From Octopus sinensis (Eukaryota), in NCBI RefSeq assembly GCF_006345805.1, contig NW_021827625.1, positions 1-10,053 on the forward strand: DNA of 10,053 bases. The letters are read 5' to 3'. A program made the position numbers and the translations under genes. Shown piece after piece: positions 1 through 8,313 of this stretch; within the stretch, counting starts at the first letter, position 1, and every line of letters begins with the position of its first letter. The notes below the pieces were generated by a model that had not been told where the DNA came from, searched no databases, and saw nothing but the letters and a program-made list of their open reading frames with translations.

Positions 1-276
1 AGCCTTAACGTAGTTCTCGGGAGAGAATCAGCGTGATACAGAGTGTGACAAGACTGGCCCCTTTTAAATACAGGTACAACAGAAACAGGAAGAAAGAGTG
101 AGAAGAAGTTGTGGTCAAAGAGTACAGCAGGGTTCCCCACCACACCCTGCCGGAGCCTCGTGGAGTTTTAGATGTTTTTGCTCAATAAACACTCACAACG
201 CTCGGTCTGGGAACCGAAATCGCTATCCTACGACCGCGAGTCCGCTGCCCTAACCACTGGATCATTGCGTCTCCAC
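1..276 (-). mobile_element. tRNA-derived SINE, family A (5' part; 3' part runs off the window start)
   Basis: Minus strand begins gtggagacgcaatgatccagtggttagggcagcggactcgcgg...gatttcggttccc, with degenerate Pol III A and B boxes. Collinear and highly similar to the full copy at 2104-2489. Confidence 0.9.
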
Positions 277-294
277 ACACACACACACACACAC

Positions 295-330
<36 letters not shown>
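275..330. repeat. Compound microsatellite (CA)n(TA)n
   Basis: Direct reading. Confidence 0.95.
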
Positions 331-332
<2 letters not shown>

Positions 333-879
333 ATAAAAATGGTAAGACAACAAAAGAAAGAAAGAGACCTCGATCGTAAATGTAATATGTGACAATTATT
401 CGCTGTATATATTAATACTACAATCCCTTAATTAGACCGTCATCTATAATTAGTTGATTATTAGTTAATGGTATTAACTCACTTTAAAATCAACACAAAG
501 GAAAGCGTTATGGATTTAGTATTTCTTGCTAACTGGTATTCGTTAATATTCGTTTAGATCAACAATGCTGTAAAGTACTGATTCGCAGATTCGTGCAAAA
601 TTAGATTTACGTATATAATCAAAGTTAATTAATGTATTTGGGATTAGTAACAACTGTTATAAGATTTTGAGTTGTATTATAGAATGTTAGCAAATATAAA
701 AGATATTCGAAACACGTCATAATGGTGTGTTTATTTATTCATGTCTGTAATGCAATTTTCACTCGTAATAGAAATATTATATAATGATTTCGATCATAAA
801 TCACCATTGCGTGTTTTCTACATATAATACGCACACACAAACACACACACAAATATATGCACACACACACAGATACACA

Positions 880-1040
880 AGTAAGTACATAAATGCAAAA
901 CAATGTGGGAAATATAGTACTCGAATACCTAAGGTAGAGTAGTAATATGCTTTTATTATAGCGGCAAAATCTTCACAAAACTTTTACTCGGAGTTTCACG
1001 ACCCCATTCGTCGGATAGTTGTGATGAATGCTGAAGAGTA
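880..1040 (-). mobile_element. Probable Penelope-like element terminal-repeat remnant (hammerhead motif followed by AATAAA)
   Basis: Minus strand has a hammerhead-like fold at 973-1024, then AATAAA (plus tttatt 952-957), then a CA/TG microsatellite. Hammerheads in terminal repeats are established for Penelope-like elements; assigning this stretch to one is inference. Confidence 0.45.
973..1024 (-). ncRNA. Type I hammerhead ribozyme-like motif (CCGACGA core variant)
   Basis: Minus strand: ucacaacuau-CCGACGA-auggggucgu-GAAA-cuc-c-gag-UA-aaaguuuuguga. Stem III is ACUC/GAGU, the cleavage triplet is GUA, and stem I has 9 of 10 pairs with a 2-nt bulge. Confidence 0.5.
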
Positions 1041-1043
1041 TAA

Positions 1044-1666
1044 GGCGGCGAGCTGGCTGAAACGTTAGCAAGCCGGGCGAAATGCGCAGCCGTATTTCGT
1101 CTCCCGTTACGTTCTGAGTTCAAATTCCGCCGAGGTCGACTTTGCCTTTCATCCTTTCGAGGTCGATTTAATAAGTACCAGTTACGCACTGGAGTCGATG
1201 TAATCGACTTAATCTCTTTGTCTGTCCTTGTTTGTCCTCTCTGTTTTTAGCCCCTTGTGGGTAGTAATGAAATAGGTATTTCTTCTGTCTTTATGTTCTG
1301 AGTTCAAATTGCGCCGAGATCAACTTTGCCATTCATCCTTTCGGGGTCGATAAATTAAGTACCAGTTACGCACTGGGGTCGATGTAATCGACTTAATCCC
1401 TTTGTCTTTTCTTGTTTGTCCCCTCTATGTTTAGTCCCTTGTGGGCAATAAAGAAATAAGAAACGTTAGCACGCCGGGCAAAATGCTTAGAGATATTTCG
1501 TCTGCCGTTATGTTCTGAGTTCAAATTCCGCCGAGGTCGACTTTGCCTTTCATCCTTTCGGGGTCGATTTAATAAGTACCAGTTACGCATTGGGGTTGAT
1601 GTAATCGACTTAATCCCTTTGTCTGTCCCCTCTGTGTTTAGGCCCCTGAGAGCAATAAAGAAATAG
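1044..1666 (+). mobile_element. tRNA-derived SINE, family B, internally trimeric
   Basis: Head ggcggcgagctggctgaaacgttagc...gagttcaaattccgcc (ggcgg/ccgcc acceptor-like stem, B box gagttcaaattc). It is followed by three copies of the core gaggtcgactttgcctttcatcctttcggggtcgat...gtaccag plus the tail ttaatccctttgtctgtcc...ccccttgtggg. Confidence 0.9.
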
Positions 1667-1797
1667 ATATTAACAATCTATATGTCATTTTCATGAGAAT
1701 GTTAGCAACGTATACGACATTTTTATATCGTCATTGACAGTGAGTTTGACATTTTTAGAGCAACATCAGCAATGGACAGGATATTTTTAATGGGTTA

Positions 1798-1974
1798 GAC
1801 GGTGAGCTGACAGAATCGTTAGCACGTTGGACAAAATACTTAGCAGCGTTTATTCTAACTCCATTACATTCTGAGTTCAAATTCCGCCGAGGTCGACTTT
1901 ACTTTTTATCCTTTCGGAGTCGATGAAATAAGTAACGGTTGAGCATTGAGGCCTTGTGCCTGTAATAGAAAGGA
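1798..1974 (+). mobile_element. SINE family B, diverged monomer with the alternative tail (cttgtgcct...agaaag)
   Basis: gacggtgagctgacagaatcgttagcacg head, ttctgagttcaaattccgccgaggtcgact core, ends gaggccttgtgcctgtaatagaaagg. Confidence 0.85.
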
Positions 1975-2103
1975 GCTTATCAACGGGTATGACATTTTTA
2001 TAGCCATACTAACAATGTGTATGACATTTGTATGGCGATATTGGTAATGGATATGACATCTTTATGGCGATATTACCAATGAGGACGACATATTTATAGT
2101 AAT

Positions 2104-2489
2104 TTTGGAAGCACTCCGTCGGTTACGACGACGAGGGTTCCGGTTGATCCGAATCAACGGAACAGCCTGCTCGTGAAATTAACATGTAAGTGGCTGAGCA
2201 CTCCACAGACACGTGTACCCTTAACGTAGTTCTCGGGGATATTCAGCGTGTCACAGAGAGTGACAAGGCCGGCCCCTGAAATACAGGTACAACAGAACAG
2301 GAAGTAAGGAGTGAGAGAAAGTTGTGGTGAAAGAGTACAGCAGGGATCCCCACCATCCCCTGCCGGAGCCTCGTGGAGCTTTAGGTGTTTTCGCTCAATA
2401 AACACTCACAACGCCCGGTCTGGGAATCGAAACCGCTATCCTATGACCGCGAGTCCGCTGCCCTAACCACTGGGCCATTGCGCCTCCAC
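2104..2489 (-). mobile_element. tRNA-derived SINE, family A, full length with 12-bp target-site duplication
   Basis: Minus strand starts gtggaggcgcaatggcccagtggttagg (A box) ... ggtttcgattccc (B box) and ends ...cgtaaccgacggagtgcttccaaa. TSD atttatagtaat at 2092-2103 and 2490-2501. Confidence 0.93.
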
Positions 2490-2516
2490 ATTTATAGTAA
2501 TATTAGCAACGGAAAG

Positions 2517-2912
2517 GGAGGCGAGCTGACGGAATTGTTAGCACACCGGACAAAACGCTTAGCGGCATTTCTTCCGTATTTACGATATTTGTTGAAATTC
2601 CGCCGAGGTCGACTTCGCCTTTCATTCTTTCGAGGTCGATAAATTAAGACCAGTTACACACTGGGGTCGATGTAATTGACTTTATCCCTTTGTCTGTCCT
2701 TGTTTGTCCTCTCTGTGTTTAGCCCCTTGTGGGTAGCAAAGAAATAGGTATTTCGTCTGTCGTTACGTTCTGAGTTCAAATTCCACCGAGGTTGACTTTG
2801 CCTTTCATCCTTTCGAGGTCGGTTTAATAAGTACCAGTTGCGTACTGAGGTCGATATAATCGACTGGCCCCGTTCCCCAAAATTTCGGACCTTGTGCCTA
2901 GAGTAGAAAAAA
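2517..2912 (+). mobile_element. SINE family B, dimeric (head-core-tail1-core-tail2)
   Basis: Head at ~2517, internal junction gaaatag|gtatttcgtc at ~2748, ends ggccccgttccccaaaatttcggaccttgtgcctagagtagaaaa. Confidence 0.88.
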
Positions 2913-3399
2913 ATTGTGTTATATAAATTGCCCACCCTTGGCTAATACTGCGTGGTTGCTACCTCCGGAAGTCGACACGTCTTAATGTTGTTTAGTTAGC
3001 GACATTTCGATGCAGGACGTCAACATGTCGTGAGATGTCAACACACACTACCCACTTTGTCACCTGTCACCTGACAGAATAACACTCTTTTAGTGACTAG
3101 TATACTATCCGTTCATACATTAGATTCGTATAATCGTTACATGTCTATGGTCTTAGCGCTTACTTTCGTATACACCCAGTCACATGGATATATATGACGA
3201 CTGTAACGTGTATGTATGTATGTATGTAGAAAACATTTATATACGAGACAATAACAAAGGCAGGCGGTCATGACAGATGTAAACAAAGTGCACACTCTCG
3301 ATAATCTGTATATTTATATGCAAATGAGGACATGTAGACGCATGCATACACATGTATACATACATGTATACATACGTACATACATACATTAAAGCAAAT

Positions 3400-3590
3400 C
3401 AAAAACAGAAACGGAACAGCAAGAGTCAAAAAGATGTACGCAGCGAATGTATAAGCGTCATGCTCAGTTTAAGGTGGTTGTCGTTTCGAGCGTGGCTCTT
3501 CGTCAGAAAGAGGAAATTGGGAAAGGCCTGGAGAGAAGAAAAAGAGTAGTCCGAGAAAAGCAGGTGTGTGGTGACATGGCTGAAGTGATG
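3400..3590 (-). mobile_element. Probable Penelope-like terminal remnant carrying a degenerate minimal hammerhead (3478-3510)
   Basis: Minus strand has CUGACGA-a-gagc-cac-gcuc-GAAA-cgac, flanked by microsatellites. Element identity is inference. Confidence 0.4.
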
Positions 3591-3607
3591 CATGTATATA
3601 TATACAC

Positions 3608-3809
3608 GTGGAGGCGCGTGGCTTAGTGGTCAGGGTGTCATCATGATCGTAAAACTGGTTTCGATTCCTGGACCGGGTTGTGTTCTTGAGCAAAACACTT
3701 CATTTCACGTTGCTCCAGTCCACTCAGCTGGCAAAAATGAGTAACGCTGCGATGGACTGGCGTCCCGTCCAGCTGGGGAACACATACGCCATGGAAACCG
3801 GGAAACCTT
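3608..3809 (+). mobile_element. tRNA-derived SINE, family D (CORE-like then Meta/V-like central segments)
   Basis: A box tggcttagtgg, B box ggtttcgattcc. Then gtgttcttgagcaaaacactt...ccactcagctggcaaaaatgagta (CORE-like) and ctgcgatggactggcgtcccgtccag...gaaaccggga, which resembles Meta/V-domain SINE sequence as I recall it. Confidence 0.75.
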
Positions 3810-3875
3810 TCATTCTTTCGGGGGTGGTGGGGACAAACACAAAGACACACGCGCGCACATACACACACATATATA

Positions 3876-4329
3876 CGCACTGGGGTCGATATAATCGACT
3901 TAATCCGTTTGTCTGTCCTTGTTTGTCCCCTCTGTGTGTAGCCCCTTGTGGGCAGTAAAGAAGTAGGTATTTCGTCTGCCGTTAAGTTCTGAGTTCAAAT
4001 TCCGCCGAGGTTGACTTTGCCTTTGATCCTTCGGGGTCGATAAATTAAGTGCCAGTTATGTGTTATCGACTTAATCCCTTTGTCTGTCCTTGTTTGTCCC
4101 CTCTATGTTTAGCCCCGTGTGGGCAATAAAGAAATAAGAAATGTTAGCAAGCCGGGCGAAATGTTTAGAGGTATTTCGCCTGTCTTTATGTTGAGTTCAA
4201 ATTCCGCCGAGGTCGACTTTGCCTTTCATGCTTTCGGGGTCGACAAATTAAGTACCAGTTTCGTACGGAGGTCGGTCTGATCGACTGGCTCCCTCCCACA
4301 AAATTTCGGGTCTTGTGCCTAGAGTAGAA
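3876..4329 (+). mobile_element. SINE family B, headless multimer
   Basis: Starts mid-core (acgcactggggtcgatataatcgac). Contains both junction types (~3965 and ~4137) and ends cttgtgcctagagtagaac. Confidence 0.88.
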
Positions 4330-4364
4330 CTAAATTTTATTTGTAATATAACAATGAAGCGGCG

Positions 4365-4476
4365 AGGTTACGCGTGTCTGCGGAATGCTCAGCCAGTTGC
4401 ACGTTTATTTCGCGTTCAGGCTGTTCCGTTGTTCGGATCACCTAGAACTCTGATCGTCGCAACCGACGGAGTGCCA
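4365..4476 (+). mobile_element. SINE family A, old 3'-end fragment
   Basis: cgcgtgtctgcggaatgctcagccagttgcacgtttatttc...caggctgttccgttgttcggatc...gtcgcaaccgacggagtgcc aligns to the reverse complement of 2104-2215. Confidence 0.8.
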
Positions 4477-4554
4477 GCTGGTAGGTCGGGAGGCCATTTT
4501 GCTTGATGTGTAAGAGAAACATTTTATTAGGAACAGTGGATGTGTGAAGCATGT

Positions 4555-4625
4555 GTGAGCATCTGTATACATACATAAATACATACATATATACAAACAT
4601 ATATATACACACACAAATATGTATG

Positions 4626-4665
<40 letters not shown>
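4555..4665. repeat. (TACA)n/(TATG)n/(TA)n microsatellite
   Basis: Direct reading. Confidence 0.9.
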
Positions 4666-4666
<1 letters not shown>

Positions 4667-4821
4667 TTACGGCGAACCCTTTATGATGGAACGTAAATAT
4701 ACAAATATATATCTACTTTGCATTTTTCTACAGAGTTCTTCATAAGATAAATGTTTATCCATTGCATAACAAACACCGATATATGTTAAGTAATCTCAAC
4801 TGTACGATGTATAAACACACT

Positions 4822-4833
4822 ACGTATGCATAT

Positions 4834-4931
<98 letters not shown>

Positions 4932-4942
4932 TGTGCATATAT
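4822..4942. repeat. (TACA)n(TA)n(TG)n compound microsatellite
   Basis: Direct reading. Confidence 0.95.
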
Positions 4943-5000
4943 AATGAAAATGAATTTGTGCTTGTTTACGTTTTAGTGTTTTTTAAGATTAAGTTGAATC

Positions 5001-5005
5001 TATTC

Positions 5006-5073
<68 letters not shown>

Positions 5074-5128
5074 GTCTGTTTGTCTGTCTGTTCGTCTGTC
5101 TGTCAATCAATCTATCTATCTCTATCTC

Positions 5129-5185
<57 letters not shown>

Positions 5186-5460
5186 ATATTTATATATATA
5201 TATATATCTGCCTGTCTGCCTGCCTATCTATCTGTCTGATTGCTGGCTATCAGTAGATATATGTATTTGTGTGCGTCTGTGTGAATGGATTTATATACGT
5301 GTGTGTGTGTGTGCACGGCTCTGTCTCTCTCTGTCTCTTCTTTTCGTTACACACACACACACACACATATGCATGCGTTTGCGCGCGTACAGACGTTTTG
5401 TCGCACACATCCGTGCGAACGTGTGCACTCGAAGACACACACACATGCATGCATGCGCGT
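5001..5460. repeat. (TCTA)n, (TC)n, (TA)n, (TG)n, (CA)n microsatellite cluster
   Basis: Direct reading. Confidence 0.92.
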
Positions 5461-5855
5461 TTATATACTATACGTGTTTGTAAATATGAATTTCGAAGTA
5501 TTTGTCCTAACTCGAATTGGGCGTCAATAAAAAACAAGAAAAAAACAAGGCTTTCCGCCCATCCCTTACATTATACTACTCCTTTTGAATTTGTAATTCT
5601 TGGGTTTATTAACGGAGGAGATTCCGTAGAAGGATACTATCCCCAAATTTTGCTGCCGCACCCGCACATATCTCTTTGAATATTGGTAGGATCAGATAAG
5701 AACAGGACCCATGGGATGGGATCACAACTGTACTGTACCCTAACCGCAAAAAGAATCTACATTGGTAACGATACAGTTCTTCTCAACTACAGACAATGTC
5801 ACGTGCCGGCTAACATACATGCATACATAATGAGTGTGTATGTATGAAATTTTAA

Positions 5856-6015
5856 GGCGTGGCTGTGTGGTAAGAAATTTGCTTCTCAACCACACGGTTC
5901 CGGGTTCAATCCAACTGCGTGACATCTTGGGCAAGTGTCTTCTACTAAAGCATCGGGTCGGCTTTTCAGTTTCTGATAAGCAGAAACTGAAAAGAAGCTC
6001 GTCGTGTTTGTGTGT

Positions 6016-6050
<35 letters not shown>

Positions 6051-6096
6051 CTCTATATATTATATAATATATTATATATATATATATATATATATA
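5856..6096 (+). mobile_element. tRNA-derived SINE, family C, 5' half plus internal (TG)(TC)(TA) microsatellite
   Basis: A box tggctgtgtgg, B box ggttcaatcc, CORE-like catcttgggcaagtgtctt, then gcagaaactgaaaagaagc and a microsatellite. A sister copy lies at 8780-8961. Confidence 0.88.
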
Positions 6097-6261
6097 GTTG
6101 TGTCTCGGGAGAGCCATACTGTCTTAGTATGTAACAGTCTCACCAGTTCAAGTTCCGCTCATTCATTATTAGGGATTTTCCTTTTTTGCGTCTTCCAAAC
6201 AAAATTTTTTTCCACACACGAATTCTTAGAAAGACTCTTGCAAAGCAGATATTTGTGTGTG

Positions 6262-6478
6262 TGTACGTGAAGGTGTCCTCCACCCCCCCTCTTGACAGCC
6301 GGTGTTGGCGTTTTTACGACTCCCCTAACTTCGCGATTCGGCAAAAGACACCGATAGAATAAATACCAGGCTTTTCAAAAATAAGAACCGGGATCGATTC
6401 ATTCGACTAAAATTCTTGAAGGCGGTGCCCCAGCGTGGCCGCGGTCTACTGACTGAAACAAGTAAAAAATCAAAGATA
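6262..6478 (+). mobile_element. SINE family C, probable 3' half
   Basis: cttgacagccggtgttggcg...cggcaaaagacaccgatagaataaataccagg...ggcggtgccccagcgtggccgcggtctactgactgaaacaagtaaaa with an A-rich end. It shares a module with family B. Linking it to 5856-6096 as one element rests on my recollection of the family layout. Confidence 0.7.
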
Positions 6479-7080
6479 ATCGAAAAAAAAAAAGACAATT
6501 CAAACTGCGTATGCAATGAAAATCAGAAAAAAGTCATTAGTGTTAAAAACTATTTAGTGTCAAGAGGTCAAGGGAGAGAACTCTGACGTGTAAAATTTAA
6601 AATTAAATCGAAACGAACTATGTGGAATGAGTGCAATTTTTTACTGTAAACGGTGATAACTCTGAGCAGGTTTTAGCCTTATTAAACCGGGGAATTTATT
6701 AAGGGCAATTTCGAATGACCTTAAGAAGATGTGTGTGGGCTTTTTGTGAGAACTATTCAATAAATTTCAATAAATCTGGGGGTGTATAACTGTTACTCCC
6801 TCCCCTATGTTTTGCTGCTTAAATTCACCCCACGCCACCCACTTTTTTCTTTGCTTCCTTGGTGAAGCAGTTCTGGGGTTTTATTCTCGATAATTTGATC
6901 TGTTATACTTTTCAGGGTTTTTTCCCCCTTTCTTTTCTTCCTGCAAAAATTATGTTGATAAATTAAATAAATTACTGGTTTAAATTAATGACAGAGAAAA
7001 ATTTCCCAGGGGCAATCAATCTCTGCACAAGAAATGCATAGTTAAGTGTTAGCTAACATAATTTATGGAAGTGGGCCAAT

Positions 7081-7082
7081 AA

Positions 7083-7121
<39 letters not shown>

Positions 7122-7406
7122 TAGTGGTGGTGATGGTAATGATGATAGCAACAACAACAATGAACAATGATAATAATAATGATAATAATAATAATAATAT
7201 AATAATAATAATAAAATAATAATAATAATAATAAAATAACGAATAATAATAATAATAACAATAATAATAATAATAATAATAAATAAATCAATAATAATAA
7301 TAATAATATAGCAATATTATAATAATGAATAAATAATAATAATAATGATAAAATAATAATAATAATGATATGATGATGATGATGATGATGATAATAATAA
7401 TAATAA
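7081..7406. repeat. Mosaic trinucleotide tract (GAT)n(GGT)n(AAC)n(AAT)n(GAT)n
   Basis: Direct reading. Confidence 0.95.
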
Positions 7407-7453
7407 CGTTTGAAAGTTCTATTATTACTGGAATATATCCGGAGCTGTCAAAT

Positions 7454-7808
7454 TAACCTCTTCAAGCGGTCATAAATATGCCCTGAGAATCTCTGTCCCC
7501 TGTTAGTTTGGTAGGTCCTCAATTTTATGCTGTGTCTCTCCTTACGATTTCAATGTTGTTGAGTGATCTTCGTCCTTTATTCGAATGTGGAAGTCTCCGA
7601 AAGGCAACATTTGATATTTCCTTGATGTTGGTAACTTCCGCCGCCCGTTTGAGGACTTGTTGGTAACAAGCATAACATTCGTGCGGATGTCGAAGAAGGT
7701 GAAGAGACAACAATGGTAAGAGAGACGCTCAATGAGTCATAGTGGTGGCGAGAGGTAACCCAGAATTCGGAGCAGTACATATGGGCATGACCGGTGCTTC
7801 CCACTGAT
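7454..7808 (-). pseudogene. RTE-clade LINE ORF remnant, C-terminal segment (frameshifted)
   Basis: Minus-strand pieces MYCSEFWVTSRHH, LIER, VTN, VLKRAAEVTNIKE and YDRLKRL occur in the order of the RTE motifs LYGSESWVTYRHH, LLER, VTNVEVLEQAEVTSIE and YKDSLKK (consensus from memory). Confidence 0.72.
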
Positions 7809-7857
7809 GAAGTCCAGTAGACTGAAATCCCGTGATATACGAAATTCCGGCGCCCAT
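7781..7857 (+). ncRNA. Type I hammerhead ribozyme motif with canonical core
   Basis: CUGAUGA 7804-7810; stem II AGUC/GACU (7811-7814/7820-7823); GAAA 7824-7827; stem III AUC/GAU with loop CCGU; AUA triplet 7835-7837. Stem I is imperfect, with distal helices ccgg/ccgg and atgggc/gcccat. Confidence 0.6.
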
Positions 7858-7917
7858 GACAGACGAATTTCCCCCGCTACGATCTATGTGCGTGCTTTTG
7901 TGCACCAAGCGCCTCGA

Positions 7918-8313
7918 AGGCGGCGAGCTGAGCAGAAACGTTAGCGCACCGGGCGAAATGCGTAGCCGTATTTCGTCTGCCGTTACGTTCTGAGTTCAAA
8001 TTCCGCCGATGTAGACTTTGCCTTTCATCCTTCCGGGGTCGATAAATTAAATACCAGTTAGGCACTGAGGTCGATATAATCGACTTAATCCGTTTGTCTG
8101 TCCTTGTTTGTCTTCTCTGTGTTTATCCCCTTGTGGGTAATAAAGAAATAGGTATTTCGTCTGCCGTTACGTTCTGAGTTCAAATTCCGCCGAGGTCGGC
8201 TTTGCCTTTCATCCTTTCGGGGTCGATAAATTAAGTACCAGTTTCAACTTAATCCGTTTGTCTGTCCTTGTTTGTCCCCTCTGTGTGTAGCCCCTTGTGG
8301 GTAGTAAAGAAAT
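7918..8313 (+). mobile_element. SINE family B, dimeric
   Basis: Head aggcggcgagctgagcagaaacgttagc, junction gaaatag|gtatttcgtc at ~8151, second core internally deleted, ends ccccttgtgggtagtaaagaaat. Confidence 0.9.

Larger units (their letters stand above)
1681..2512 (+). repeat. Degenerate 32-bp minisatellite (8 units, consensus ~tatgacatttttatggcgatattagcaatgga) interrupted by two SINEs
   Basis: Units start at 1681, 1713, 1745, 1777 and at 1988, 2020, 2052, 2084 (exact 32-bp spacing). The last unit is completed at ~2502-2512, after the family A insertion. Confidence 0.8.

Noticed and set aside
331-400. tgataaaaatggtaagacaacaaaagaaagaaagagacctc as the stub of a known octopus repeat
   Set aside because: It resembles a repeat end I recall, but it is too short and has no second copy or diagnostic motif in the window to support a call.
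1031-1075. Other CUGANGA/CCGANGA hits (1031 +, ~8450 -, ~8591 -, 9169 +, 8763 and 9104 -)
   Set aside because: No correctly placed stem II plus GAAA plus stem III; several are simply RTE codons.
1044-1666. CRISPR-like or regularly spaced repeat array
   Set aside because: The whole ~185-215 bp units are homologous, there are no unique spacers, and the context is a eukaryotic SINE.
2410-2489. tRNA genes at SINE heads (also 3608, 5856, 8780, 1044)
   Set aside because: A and B boxes are present, but the cloverleaves are imperfect and each continues into repeat-family body sequence.
956-2935. Recurring ORFs with MRNWYLLNRPRKDERQSRPRRNLNSE (also 7877-8065) as a small paralogous protein family
   Set aside because: They are the antisense reading of the SINE B core, and their ends differ wherever the repeat ends.
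4551-5679. Long low-complexity ORFs (YIYI, CVCV, LSIY, HTHT)
   Set aside because: These are stop-free frames through microsatellites.
6144-6236. 93-bp minus-strand candidate exon (AG...GTGAGA; one open frame VFLRIRVWKKILFGRRKKGKSLIMNERNLN)
   Set aside because: Weak polypyrimidine tract, no recognisable homology and no partner exons. It would need spliced RNA-seq reads to revive.
7049-7291. Poly-Leu/Ile/His ORF
   Set aside because: Trinucleotide microsatellite read-through.
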